From: a bacterium
GTDB taxonomy: Bacteria; Patescibacteriota; Minisyncoccia; Phycocordibacterales; UBA9973
Reading direction: 5' to 3'
DNA: 64,000 bases
NCBI GenBank assembly: GCA_037143195.1
Contig: JBAWZD010000001.1
Location: 208,892 to 272,891 of the forward strand
The translations under genes and the position numbers were made by a program. Shown here one piece after another: positions 40,561-50,819 of the stretch; the first letter of the stretch is position 1; each line of letters starts with the position of its first letter. Below the pieces are notes generated by a model. That model made no database searches. It had not been told where the DNA came from and saw only the letters and a program-made list of their open reading frames with translations.

Positions 40561-41508
40561 TTATAGGAGTAACCCGACTCCTTTTTTGACTGCGACCATT
40601 TTTTGTTCGGCGCGAGTTTTCACAACCTCGGCGCCAGCGGATAATACATCTTCGACGATTTTCGGATTTGCAAGTAATTCTTCATATCGTGCACGCATAG
40701 GTGTAACGAATGCTTTGATATCGCTTGCGAGTGCATCTTTGAGTGCTTTGTACTTGCCTTTGTTTGCTTCGTAGAGCGGTGCGAGTTCAGCTTCCGATTT
40801 GAAGAGCTTGTGAATCGCATACACATTTACCGGAACATCACCTGACGAATCGGTCACAATACTCATCACTGCCTTTTCGATTTCAGCATCACTCGCAAAA
40901 AGTGGAATCGTGTTTCCATAACTCTTGCTCATTTTGCGACCGTCGAGCCCTGGAACAATACCAGTTGATTCAAGAATAAGTGGCTCTGGCATTTTAAATT
41001 GCTCGCCCCAAATGCGATTAAATTTTTCTGCCGTATCGCGCGCATATTCAATATGTTGCTTCTGATCAGAGCCAACAGGAACAACGTCAGGGTTTTGCAT
41101 CAAAATATCCGCTGCCATGAGGATTGGATAATCAAAAAGCCCGACAGTCGCTTCTTTGCCATTTGCAACAGCATCCTTGTAGGCTACAGCTCGCTCAAGA
41201 TATGGAACAGTCGTCAAACAATTAAACATCCACGTAAGCTCACAGAGCTCGCCACCAATTGCAGATTGTTGGAACAATGTGACTTTTTTTGGATCAAGTC
41301 CGCACGCCATGTATGTTGCCGCAATAGTAAAAATATTCTTTCGAAGTTCGGCACGATCACGTACCGTCGTCAACGCATGCAAATCAGCAATAAAAATATA
41401 TGATTCATACGAATCTTGCATGTCGATGAACTGCTTGATAGCTCCAAAATAGTTGCCGAGGTGCATATCACCTGTCGGTTTGATGCCAGAAAGGAGGACT
41501 TTTTTCAT
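40561..41508 (-). CDS. trpS: Tryptophanyl-tRNA synthetase
   Basis: SGIKPTG.MHLGNY, YPILMAADIL, VPVGSDQKQH and KMSKS. Confidence 0.97.
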   Translation of the reverse strand: MKKVLLSGIKPTGDMHLGNYFGAIKQFIDMQDSYESYIFIADLHALTTVRDRAELRKNIFTIAATYMACGLDPKKVTLFQQSAIGGELCELTWMFNCLTTVPYLERAVAYKDAVANGKEATVGLFDYPILMAADILMQNPDVVPVGSDQKQHIEYARDTAEKFNRIWGEQFKMPEPLILESTGIVPGLDGRKMSKSYGNTIPLFASDAEIEKAVMSIVTDSSGDVPVNVYAIHKLFKSEAELAPLYEANKGKYKALKDALASDIKAFVTPMRARYEELLANPKIVEDVLSAGAEVVKTRAEQKMVAVKKGVGLLL

Positions 41509-41624
41509 AGTTCGAGTATACCAAACCGAGGAAAAAAACGCGATGGCTCACTATTCACACGTTAGTAACACGGTTTCCCTGTTTGCCTACTTCCGTTCAA
41601 ATTCTTACGTGCTAAAATCGGTGC

Positions 41625-43019
41625 ATGTCTGGCGAAAAGAAACTCCGCGTTCCACCCCAAAGTCTCGATTCCGAGAAGGCTGTTCTTGGTTCCATTATGT
41701 TGAAACCGGGCACGCTCCTCGATATTGCAGACCGAATCACTGCAGAGTCGTTTTATAGCGACAAACACCGCAAGATTTATGAGACCATGCTTGAGCTTTC
41801 GGCCAAAAACGAGCCGATTGATCTTTTGACACTCTCTCACCGTCTCAAAGAAAAGAAATTGATTGATTCCATCGGTGGATCAAAATTCTTGGCTGAGCTT
41901 ACAAATTCAGTTCCGTCTTCGACCAACGCCGAGCATTATGCAGCAATCGTTGAGGAAAAATATATCCTTCGTCGTCTAATCGAATCTGCCGACAAACTTG
42001 CTGAGCTCGGATACGATACTCAGGAACTCACGCTTGAAGATGTGCTCGACACAGCGGAAAAAGAAATTTTCGCAATCGCAGAAAGTCCAAAGCGTGGAAA
42101 ATATCTCGCACTCAAAGACACACTCGGCGAAGCATGGACTCGTCTTGAACGATTGCACTCAAACAAAGGTGAGATTCGTGGAGTCGCAACAGGATTCAAA
42201 GCGCTCGACGATATGTTGTCTGGATTTCAGAATTCTGACCTCATTATTCTTGCCGCTCGTCCGTCTGTGGGAAAAACCACGCTTGCCCTTGATTTCGCTC
42301 GCCTTGCTGCGACCAAGCAGAATGTTGGTGTTGCTATCTTCTCGCTTGAAATGAGCTCTCAACAGCTTGTAGACCGTATGCTGGCCGCTGAATCACGCGT
42401 GAGTGCATGGCAATTGCGCACCGGAGGACTTTCGACCAGCGGTTCGGACTTTACGCTTCTTCGTGAAGGTCTCGACCGTCTTTCAAAAGCACCAATCTTC
42501 ATCGACGATCAAGCATCGAGTACCATCGCGCACATCAAATCGATTTCTCGCCGTCTCAAAAACGAACACAACATAGGTCTCATCATCATCGACTACCTCC
42601 AGCTCATGTCGACAAGTAAAAACTACGACTCAATGGTAAATCAAGTGACCGAAATTTCGCGCTCGCTCAAAGCACTTGCCCGTGAAATCAATGTTCCAGT
42701 CATTGCCCTGTCACAGCTTTCCCGTGCCGTGGAAGCTCGTGGTGGCGAACCTCGCCTCTCCGACCTCCGTGACTCAGGATCTATTGAACAAGATGCCGAC
42801 GTGGTGATGTTCATTCACCGCGAAGACCGCTTCAACAAAGAATCCGACAGACAGAATATTGCAAAAATCATCATCGCAAAACACCGTAACGGTCCTGTTG
42901 GAGATATTGAACTATACATGGACGAGAAAACTTCGAGCTTCATGTCGATTGATACCGGTTCTGGCCTTGATGCATTCGCCGCTTCGAGTGGAGGCAGTAG
43001 CACTGATGTAGATTTCTAA
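41625..43019 (+). CDS. dnaB: Replicative DNA helicase
   Basis: PPQS, AARPSVGKT, IDYLQL, SQLSR and DLRDSGSIEQDAD. Confidence 0.98.
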   Translation: MSGEKKLRVPPQSLDSEKAVLGSIMLKPGTLLDIADRITAESFYSDKHRKIYETMLELSAKNEPIDLLTLSHRLKEKKLIDSIGGSKFLAELTNSVPSSTNAEHYAAIVEEKYILRRLIESADKLAELGYDTQELTLEDVLDTAEKEIFAIAESPKRGKYLALKDTLGEAWTRLERLHSNKGEIRGVATGFKALDDMLSGFQNSDLIILAARPSVGKTTLALDFARLAATKQNVGVAIFSLEMSSQQLVDRMLAAESRVSAWQLRTGGLSTSGSDFTLLREGLDRLSKAPIFIDDQASSTIAHIKSISRRLKNEHNIGLIIIDYLQLMSTSKNYDSMVNQVTEISRSLKALAREINVPVIALSQLSRAVEARGGEPRLSDLRDSGSIEQDADVVMFIHREDRFNKESDRQNIAKIIIAKHRNGPVGDIELYMDEKTSSFMSIDTGSGLDAFAASSGGSSTDVDF

Positions 43020-43029
43020 ATTCGTTCGT

Positions 43030-43644
43030 ATGGAAACACTCAAACAGCTCCAACAACTCTTCAAACGATTCCCAGGGATCGGTGAACGACAAGCGATGCG
43101 CTTCGCGTATTTCTTGGCGACAGCAGATGAGAATTACACTCGGGATTTGATTGAACAAGTCACCCGACTTCGCAAAAATGTTCGTCGTTGTGCACGATGC
43201 TACGCCCTCTCCGAAAATATTGCCGATGGAAAATGTCCGGTTTGTAATGACAACACGCGCGACAAAAGTATGCTCCTCATTGTCGAAAAGGACGCCGATC
43301 GTGACCGATTTATGCAATCGCGAACGTATAGCGGTACGTATTTTGTGCTTGGAGGTCTCGCGCCTGCGATTGAAAAAGATGCTTCCACGCATATTCGTCT
43401 TGAAGAATTGTCTCGGCTCGTAAGTGCAGAATCAAAATCCACACTCAAAGAAATCATTCTTGCGCTCTCGGCCACACCTGACGGCGAGCGTACCGAAGCA
43501 CTCGTCACGCTTCAGCTTCAGAAATCCGAAACCAAAATCCCTGTCTCAATCCTCGGCAAGGGTCTCTCAACCGGCACGGAAATCGAATACTCCGACGCCG
43601 ACACACTCGGCAATGCGCTCCGCACGCGAACGAAGAGCGAGTAA
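43030..43644 (+). CDS. recR: Recombination mediator RecR
   Basis: HhH PGIG, C4 zinc finger, Toprim YFVLGG and EYSD..TL. Confidence 0.94.
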   Translation: METLKQLQQLFKRFPGIGERQAMRFAYFLATADENYTRDLIEQVTRLRKNVRRCARCYALSENIADGKCPVCNDNTRDKSMLLIVEKDADRDRFMQSRTYSGTYFVLGGLAPAIEKDASTHIRLEELSRLVSAESKSTLKEIILALSATPDGERTEALVTLQLQKSETKIPVSILGKGLSTGTEIEYSDADTLGNALRTRTKSE

Positions 43645-43672
43645 TTGATTATTCATAATTACAGATAACCAT

Positions 43673-44008
43673 ATGGCAACGATAGAAGATTTTTTGAAAC
43701 TTGATATTCGTATTGGCAAAATTATTTCTGTGACCGATTTCCCTGAAGCTAAAAAACCTGCGTATAAACTTACTATCGATTTTGGCGCAGAAATTGGAGT
43801 CAAAAAATCATCGGCACAAATTGTCGCGCGATATACAAAGGAGGAACTCGCTGGCAAACTCGTTCTCGGCGTCGTCAATTTCCCATCACTAAAAGTTGGT
43901 CCATTCGAGTCAGAAGTCCTTACTCTTGGCGTACCCGATTCTAATGGAAAAGTAATTTTAATAACTCCTGAATCTCCTGACGCCACAATTGGAGGGAAAT
44001 TATACTAA
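43673..44008 (+). CDS. csaA: tRNA-binding chaperone CsaA
   Basis: DIRIG, KPAYKL.IDFG..IG.KKSSAQI, VVNFP and SEVLTLG. Confidence 0.9.
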   Translation: MATIEDFLKLDIRIGKIISVTDFPEAKKPAYKLTIDFGAEIGVKKSSAQIVARYTKEELAGKLVLGVVNFPSLKVGPFESEVLTLGVPDSNGKVILITPESPDATIGGKLY

Positions 44009-44020
44009 TACATATTCTGC

Positions 44021-44063
44021 ATAACAAAAAACACTCTGAGATTTTCAGAGTGTTTTTTGTTAT
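44021..44063. terminator. Bidirectional terminator
   Basis: ataacaaaaaacactctga / tcagagtgttttttgttat. Confidence 0.8.
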
Positions 44064-44071
44064 TGGAACTA

Positions 44072-44392
44072 TTATTTGATCGCTGAAATCTTCACTTCTG
44101 AATATTCCTGACGATGTCCGTTCTTCTTGTGATACTTACTCTTTGCTTTGTACTTCACGACGAGGACTTTCTTTCCGCGACCTGCGGTTTGAAAAATTCC
44201 TTCGACAGTAGCACCTTTAATCGTTGGAGTTCCGACTGAAGTGTCTTTGCCGTTGTCGACGAGGAGAACTTGATCAAATACTACCTTGTCGCCTTTTTTG
44301 AGGTCACCTGGAAGTGTTTCTACGCGGACAACATCTCCGACAGATACCGGATACTGTTTGCCCCCTGTTGCTATAATTGCGAATTCAGTCAT
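44072..44392 (-). CDS. rplU: 50S ribosomal protein L21
   Basis: FAIIATGGKQY.V..GD, GTPTI.GA and GHRQ. Confidence 0.96.
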   Translation of the reverse strand: MTEFAIIATGGKQYPVSVGDVVRVETLPGDLKKGDKVVFDQVLLVDNGKDTSVGTPTIKGATVEGIFQTAGRGKKVLVVKYKAKSKYHKKNGHRQEYSEVKISAIK

Positions 44393-44444
44393 ACCAAGAG
44401 TATATTACACGATTTTTTATAGAAGTCAAACTGTGGAAAGTGCC

Positions 44445-45827
44445 TTAAAATAAGGACAAAATGGCAGCAATACCAGCCACAGCCATAATGCCCACAGTGA
44501 GCCAACCAACACGTGTCGCAAGCTTGCTGTTGGTATAATCCCCCATTATTTTCTTCTCCGAGCTCAGAAGCACCACGAAAATCAATATAACAGGGGCAAT
44601 AACACCGTTTGCTACCGCAGAATAAATGAGAGCTTTGATAGGATCGATGCCACAGAAATTGAGCAAAATACCAAGCACGACCGAGACGATGATAACTCCA
44701 TAGAATGCGTACGCCTCTTTCAATTTGCGATATAAACCATGCTTCCAACCAAAGCTTTCTGAGATTGCGTACGAAGTTGATCCGGCGAGTACTGGTATGG
44801 CGAGCATTCCTGTGCCGATGATACCGATCGCAAAGAGAAAGAATGCGAGGTCACCGGCGAATGGACGGAGAGCCAAGGCAGCGTCAGCTGCCGTCGCGAT
44901 ATTGGTAACTCCATGGGAATACAAAGTCGCGGCACACGCTGCAATGATAAAGAACATCACGATGTTTGAGAAAAACATTCCACTCCAAACATCTGCGCGT
45001 ATATGACGGATCTCTTTTTTGGTGACAGGTTGAATCCATTTATTTTCATCATCGCGTCCTTGCAAATTTTGTTCTTCGACTTCTTGTGAAGTTTGCCAGA
45101 AAAACAGGTATGGTGAAATCGTTGTACCAAGAATGGCACAGATAAGAAAAATTTGGTCCTTGCTGAACGTGATACTTGGCATGACTGTATTTCGCATCAG
45201 TACTCCCCAGTCAAGATGACTCATAAGTGCGGAGAAAATATATGCGAGCAAAATAAACGCGAGATATTTGAGATATTTTGCGTAACGAGCATATGTCGTG
45301 AAGATTTGAAGCAACAAACTCAACACAGCAAAGCCAATGATGAGCAACATAAAGCTCATGTGTGGAGCGATCAACTGTGTTCCTTTTGCCATTGCACCGA
45401 GATCAGCGCCAATATTAAAGGTATTCGCCACAAACAAAAGTGATGTGATCATATACAACGCCCAGCGTGGATATCGATGACGAATGTTCGCTGCAAGTCC
45501 GTGGCCAGTGACGACACCAATGCGCGCACACATTTCTTGCACGACGGCCATGAGTGGAAAGGTAAACCATGAAAGCCAGAGAAGTTTGAATCCGTATTGA
45601 GCTCCAGTTTGGGAGTATGTGGCAATTCCGGAAGGATCGTCGTCAGAGGCACCAGACGTGAGTCCTGGTCCAAGTGTGTTCCAATATTCTTCGGCAAGCT
45701 TAAACGGCTTCTTGCTCACAAGAATTTTTTCCTCTTTTTCCACGAATTCGATCCCTTCTTCGAGTAATTTTGCGGGGACTTCGAATGCTTCTTCAAGTCC
45801 ATCCGTTTCCGTTTTTTTCATATTCAT
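44445..45827 (-). CDS. Nramp-related divalent metal transporter
   Basis: GPGL..GASDDDPSGIATYSQ and GTTISPYLFFWQ. Confidence 0.9.
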   Translation of the reverse strand: MNMKKTETDGLEEAFEVPAKLLEEGIEFVEKEEKILVSKKPFKLAEEYWNTLGPGLTSGASDDDPSGIATYSQTGAQYGFKLLWLSWFTFPLMAVVQEMCARIGVVTGHGLAANIRHRYPRWALYMITSLLFVANTFNIGADLGAMAKGTQLIAPHMSFMLLIIGFAVLSLLLQIFTTYARYAKYLKYLAFILLAYIFSALMSHLDWGVLMRNTVMPSITFSKDQIFLICAILGTTISPYLFFWQTSQEVEEQNLQGRDDENKWIQPVTKKEIRHIRADVWSGMFFSNIVMFFIIAACAATLYSHGVTNIATAADAALALRPFAGDLAFFLFAIGIIGTGMLAIPVLAGSTSYAISESFGWKHGLYRKLKEAYAFYGVIIVSVVLGILLNFCGIDPIKALIYSAVANGVIAPVILIFVVLLSSEKKIMGDYTNSKLATRVGWLTVGIMAVAGIAAILSLF

Positions 45828-45891
45828 AATACTAAGCGAAAGTATACTCTATACACTTACATTTTGGAAATAGAACAAGTATAATGTACGC

Positions 45892-46806
45892 ATGATATCT
45901 CGATACACAACACGCCAAGGTCTCACGTGGATTGATCTTGAATCTCCAACCAAAGAAGAAGCAGATGCAATCTCAGAAGAATATAGTCTTCATCCATTAA
46001 TCACAAATGAACTCGTGACGAGTTCTGAACGCGCAAAAGTCGACATCTACGAAAATGGCATTTATGTCATTTTGCATTTCCCTATCCGCAACCGCACCAC
46101 AGGACGAATCCGCGAAACGGAAATCGATTTCGTTTTGCTTGAAAACACGCTCATCACGACTCACTATGAACTTGTGGATCCACTCCACGATTTTGCAAAG
46201 ATTTTTGAAGCAAATAGCTATATTTCTAGCGCACGTTTCGGCGAGCATGCTGGTTTCCTTTTCTTTGCCCAAATGAAAGAGCTCTACAAGCACACACTCT
46301 TCCTCCTTGAATCAGTCGAACACGACATTCGTGACATTGAACACAAAATTTTTGCTGGACAAGAAACGGCAATGGTCAGTCACCTCTCACGTGTATCCCG
46401 CACAATCATCGATCTCAAATCAGCGCTTCGCTCTCACACTGAAATGATCAAATCATTCAGTGCCTCAGCCCAAAAGATGTATGGTCCTGAATTCGCAAAC
46501 TACGCATCTATGATTGAAGGCGAATGCTTACACGTTACGCAAGCGCTCGAAGAAAGTCGCCAAATGGTGCAAGACCTCCGCCGCACCAACGACTCTCTCC
46601 TTTCGGCAAAGACCAACGCCACAATGCGTCGCCTCACTGCGATCAACGTCGTATTGCTTCCTCTCGGGCTCATTTCATGGATATTTGCAATGAACTCAAA
46701 ATACCTGTATCTTGATGATCCGAAGCGCCTCATTGCCGTCCTCGCAAGCATGGTCTTCACTTGTCTCATCTTGATAATCTATTTCCGCTCTAAAAAATGG
46801 CTTTAA
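45892..46806 (+). CDS. CorA family Mg/Co transporter
   Basis: WIDL..P, two C-terminal TMs, FAMN (GMN variant) and KKWL end. Confidence 0.88.
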   Translation: MISRYTTRQGLTWIDLESPTKEEADAISEEYSLHPLITNELVTSSERAKVDIYENGIYVILHFPIRNRTTGRIRETEIDFVLLENTLITTHYELVDPLHDFAKIFEANSYISSARFGEHAGFLFFAQMKELYKHTLFLLESVEHDIRDIEHKIFAGQETAMVSHLSRVSRTIIDLKSALRSHTEMIKSFSASAQKMYGPEFANYASMIEGECLHVTQALEESRQMVQDLRRTNDSLLSAKTNATMRRLTAINVVLLPLGLISWIFAMNSKYLYLDDPKRLIAVLASMVFTCLILIIYFRSKKWL

Positions 46807-48212
46807 CGTTCTACAATTCTCTCACGCGCAAAATCGAACCGTTTCGTACGACAAGTGCACACGGTGTTGGTATGTATACCTGCGGGCCGACTGTCTACAA
46901 CTATGTAACGATCGGCAATTGGCGCACCTACACGCTCGGCGACCTCGTAGCTCGTGTGCTTCGCTACAACGAGTACAAGGTCAATTACTACATGAATATT
47001 ACCGATGTCGGTCATTTGACTGGCGACAATAGTGGTGACGCAGATACCGGTGAAGATCGCATGGAAAAAGCCAAGGCTCGTGAAGGCAAAAATGCATGGG
47101 AAATCGCAAAGTTTTATACCGAAGATTTCAAGCATGGATACACAATGCTGAATCTCACTTTGCCTGAAGCATTCCTCCCTGCAACAGAACATATTCCCGA
47201 GCAAATTGCACTTGTACAACAGCTCGAACAAGCAGGCCTCACGTACCGTATCAATGACGGTATCTATTTCGACACTGAGGCATTCGAGAAGAAAGGATTT
47301 ACGTATGGCGTGCTTTCAAACCTCGACCAAATCAAAGCAGGTGCACGTGTCGACTTCAATCCAGAAAAACGTAACTTCCGCGACTTCGCTCTTTGGAAAT
47401 TTAGCCCGACCGATGCACAGCGTGACATGGAATGGCAGAGCCCATGGGGTGTTGGATTCCCTGGCTGGCATATTGAATGTTCAGCTATGAGTATGAAGTA
47501 TCTCGGTGAGCAATTTGACATCCACGTCGGTGGTGAAGATCTCAAGAGTACGCATCATCCAAACGAAATAGCGCAAGCAGAAGGCGCGACTGGCAAAAGT
47601 CCGTTCGTACATTTTTGGATGCACGGCGCATTCTTGCAAGTCGATGGCGGTCGCATGGGTAAATCGCTCGGAAATGCATATACACTTGCAGACATTACCG
47701 CACGCAATATCAGCCCACTCGCCCTCCGCTACTTTTACTTCTCTGGCCACTATCGTTCCCCACTCAATTTCACCTGGGAAGCACTCACCGCAGCCGACAC
47801 ATCGCTCAAGCGTATCAAAGCGATCATTACAAGTGACTCGCTCGACACGGAACACATGCTCGCAAGCGGCAAAGTAGACGAATCATATCGAGAAAAGTTT
47901 TTGTCTGCCATAAACGACGACCTCAATATGCCACTCGCGCTCTCTATCCTTCACGAACTCGTACACGACAAGAACATCGCTCCGAGCGACATGGTGGTAA
48001 CGGCGCTCAATTTTGACGAAGTATTTGGATTCAATCTGGGAGAAAAAACGACACTCGAAATTCCAGCCGAAGTCCTCATCTTGGCAAACAAACGTGAAGA
48101 AGCCCGCAAATCAAAAGACTGGGCAGAGAGCGACACACTTCGCGATGCGATTCTCGCACACGGATTTACAGTGCGAGACACTGACAAAGGTTATGTTATC
48201 GAAAAGAAATAG
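46797..48212 (+). CDS. cysS: Cysteinyl-tRNA synthetase
   Basis: YTCGPTVY, NITDV, DFALWK, PGWHIECSAM and RMGKSLGN. Confidence 0.97.
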   Translation: MALTFYNSLTRKIEPFRTTSAHGVGMYTCGPTVYNYVTIGNWRTYTLGDLVARVLRYNEYKVNYYMNITDVGHLTGDNSGDADTGEDRMEKAKAREGKNAWEIAKFYTEDFKHGYTMLNLTLPEAFLPATEHIPEQIALVQQLEQAGLTYRINDGIYFDTEAFEKKGFTYGVLSNLDQIKAGARVDFNPEKRNFRDFALWKFSPTDAQRDMEWQSPWGVGFPGWHIECSAMSMKYLGEQFDIHVGGEDLKSTHHPNEIAQAEGATGKSPFVHFWMHGAFLQVDGGRMGKSLGNAYTLADITARNISPLALRYFYFSGHYRSPLNFTWEALTAADTSLKRIKAIITSDSLDTEHMLASGKVDESYREKFLSAINDDLNMPLALSILHELVHDKNIAPSDMVVTALNFDEVFGFNLGEKTTLEIPAEVLILANKREEARKSKDWAESDTLRDAILAHGFTVRDTDKGYVIEKK

Positions 48213-48216
48213 CCAA

Positions 48217-48256
48217 ACAAAAAAACGACTGAGCTCTCGCTCGGTCGTTTTTTTGT
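48217..48256. terminator. Bidirectional terminator
   Basis: acaaaaaaacgactgagc / gctcggtcgtttttttgt. Confidence 0.8.
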
Positions 48257-48263
48257 AACGAAA

Positions 48264-49652
48264 CTACATCGCCTTGAGTTCAATAGTGAATGTCGAGCCC
48301 TTGCCTGCACCTGGAGAGTCGATAACGACCTCTCCACCATGAGCCTCGGCAATCTGCTTTGCGAGATAGAGACCAAGTCCTGAACCACTTGTGTTTGTCT
48401 TACCTCCTTCTCCACGACTAAATTTCTGGAAGAGTTTTTCTTTTTCTTCTGCGGAAATTCCCATTCCGGTATCGGTGACCGCAATACGAACCATCTTGGT
48501 TGCTTCATTGCGAGCAAGCAAGACGGAAATAGATCCTTGCATGGTGTATTTGATTGCGTTGTCGATGACATTGAGCACCACCTGACGAATCTTTTCCATG
48601 TCTCCATTGATTGTATATGGTCCCTTGTTGTCTGTTGCAAACGAAAGTTTCAATCCTTTCTTTTCTGCGGTGATAGACAAGTCGGTCGTCAAATCGTGAA
48701 CTGGCTTCTCGAGATCAAATGGAGCCATTTCATATTTCATTCCTCCAGCCTCAATCTTGGACACGTTCAACAAGTCTTCAACGATCTTCGTGAGGTGACT
48801 ACTCGATTCGAATACGCGGTTGATAGCTTCCTTTTGCTTTGTATCAACAGTACCAAAGGATCCGTCGAGAAGCATGGATGTATATCCGCGGATTGCAGTA
48901 AGCGGACTACGGAGCTGGTGAGCAGCAAGCGACAAGAATTCTGTTTTGAGCTTGTCGACACTCTTCAATTTTTCGTTTGCATCCTGAAGCGCTTCGTACG
49001 TGAGCGATTTGTCGAGCGCGAGGGAGACCACGTTCACGATACTTCCGATGATACCTTTTTCGTAATCAGGGAGTGAATCATATTCACGATTCATACTGAT
49101 GAGCAACATTCCAAGGACATGTTCACCAAGTGCGAGTGGATAGACGATGGACGATTTGATATGTGCTCGATCTGCGAGCATTTTGATTTCTTCTGGTGCG
49201 AGCACGCCGTTCTTGTGAATGAAGCCGAATTTTTCGTTCAAAACTGGCTGACGCTTGTTCATCACACCGTCGAAAAATTCTCGAGTCGAAGCCTTGTCGA
49301 TTGAAGTGTAATCAATCTTGATTCCCGAAAGACGAAGCTGTTCTTCATAACGATCGGATCTCGAATAGCCGATCTGGTCGAGCGCATCGTTCTCTTTGTC
49401 GTACTGAAACATAGACACAGATTCGTAGTTCAATGCTTCGCGAACCGAATCGGAAATTTTACGAGCAAGATCCTCAGGCGTCAGCGTAAGAATACTTGTC
49501 TCATACAAATTACCAAGAAGCGAAAGCGCCTTGTTTTTGATAGCAAGTTCGGCATTTCGCTTGTAGAGAATTTCGTTTACATCACTCGGAGTGAGTGAGT
49601 CTTTTGCGCTTGATGCGTCTGGTTGTTTTTTGTGCCAGGAAAAAAGTGACAT
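48264..49652 (-). CDS. Cytoplasmic GAF-domain sensor histidine kinase
   Basis: H-box AAHQLRSPLT, NVIDNAIKYT, DTGMG and GSGLGL; GAF-like N-terminal part, no TM. Confidence 0.92.
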   Translation of the reverse strand: MSLFSWHKKQPDASSAKDSLTPSDVNEILYKRNAELAIKNKALSLLGNLYETSILTLTPEDLARKISDSVREALNYESVSMFQYDKENDALDQIGYSRSDRYEEQLRLSGIKIDYTSIDKASTREFFDGVMNKRQPVLNEKFGFIHKNGVLAPEEIKMLADRAHIKSSIVYPLALGEHVLGMLLISMNREYDSLPDYEKGIIGSIVNVVSLALDKSLTYEALQDANEKLKSVDKLKTEFLSLAAHQLRSPLTAIRGYTSMLLDGSFGTVDTKQKEAINRVFESSSHLTKIVEDLLNVSKIEAGGMKYEMAPFDLEKPVHDLTTDLSITAEKKGLKLSFATDNKGPYTINGDMEKIRQVVLNVIDNAIKYTMQGSISVLLARNEATKMVRIAVTDTGMGISAEEKEKLFQKFSRGEGGKTNTSGSGLGLYLAKQIAEAHGGEVVIDSPGAGKGSTFTIELKAM

Positions 49653-49685
49653 TAGTGACTTGGTTTAAAATTATTGATACTAATG

Positions 49686-49979
49686 TTATTTGAGACTTGT
49701 CGGAATATCTTCTGATGGAATATCTGCTGTAAGGTCTACGACTGCTTCACGACTGACTTCTCGAGAGAGACGTCCGAAAAGCTGTTCGTAGCGAGAAACG
49801 AGACTGTTGATGACTTCCTTTGGCTCCCCTGTGACGCTCACTGTGTGAGCCTTAGGATCAACAATGGTAAGCCCTGGAACCTTCGCTGCCTCACTCCAAG
49901 CGAGTGGCCCGATGATAGCCTCCTGCTCCTTGATGATACGGATAGATATTTGATTGAAGACGTCTATTGCTGTATCCAT
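49686..49979 (-). CDS. Small soluble hypothetical protein
   Basis: 97 aa; IIKEQEAIIGPLA and LV.RYE.LFG; 8 nt downstream of the membrane gene. Confidence 0.75.
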   Translation of the reverse strand: MDTAIDVFNQISIRIIKEQEAIIGPLAWSEAAKVPGLTIVDPKAHTVSVTGEPKEVINSLVSRYEQLFGRLSREVSREAVVDLTADIPSEDIPTSLK

Positions 49980-49987
49980 AATGATTA

Positions 49988-50815
49988 TTATTGCGTGTTA
50001 CGTATTTTTGAAAATACCGCGCCGAATTGAATAAGGGCAAACGACAAAAAAGTGTAGGCAAGTAAGTATAGCATGTCTCCGTATCCACCATTCAGCCAAG
50101 TGTTGTTCCCTGCTTGGTAAAGGAAATTAAAGTCAGCAATGTACTGCACACATAGCGCTCCCAATAAAAGAAGCACGGTGCTTTTCATTACTCCACCCAA
50201 GAAATCTTTTGAAAATACAAAAGCTAACATAGCGAGAGAAATGTAGGTCGCCTGACCAAGTGGATATCCAAAATCTAACACTATCTTAAGTGGATTCGTA
50301 AAATCAAACTGATAGCCTCTTAAGAAAAGCGTATATGAAAGCCCTAGCAATACCGCTGGGAGCAAAAACGCAAAAGCTTTACCGTGATATGACTTCAATG
50401 AGATTCTTGAACCGCAAACACGTCCAATAAGGTATGTTCCGTAAATATAAAACGGAATACTACCGAAGAATCCGACGTCAGCAAGAGACGGATACGGTAC
50501 TTGCACTTTTAACACCAGATTGTAAATACTAAAAACTGTTTGCCCGAAGTTTTGAAGCAAAAGACCAATTGAAAAAACTAGTACAGCTCGGCCGATAAGA
50601 CTTTTTGCGCCGCCCCATGAATTTGAAATTATAATACCAGAAACAGCACCAATAAATGCGACAATCTGATAAACAGCGCCCCAGCGAAGATTCTCGATTG
50701 TTAAACTTGAGTTAAATTTAAAAAACAAAATCGCCCACCACACCGCAAGCGCAACAGAAACAACCAATAATATTTTTTTTGGGAACTCGAACGTTGGAGA
50801 TTGTACTTGGTCCAT
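49988..50815 (-). CDS. Stand-alone 7-8 TM putative sensor domain protein
   Basis: PYPSLADVGF, YPLGQ and IADF motifs; paralogue of 52673-53527. Confidence 0.75.
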   Translation of the reverse strand: MDQVQSPTFEFPKKILLVVSVALAVWWAILFFKFNSSLTIENLRWGAVYQIVAFIGAVSGIIISNSWGGAKSLIGRAVLVFSIGLLLQNFGQTVFSIYNLVLKVQVPYPSLADVGFFGSIPFYIYGTYLIGRVCGSRISLKSYHGKAFAFLLPAVLLGLSYTLFLRGYQFDFTNPLKIVLDFGYPLGQATYISLAMLAFVFSKDFLGGVMKSTVLLLLGALCVQYIADFNFLYQAGNNTWLNGGYGDMLYLLAYTFLSFALIQFGAVFSKIRNTQ

Positions 50816-50819
50816 GCAC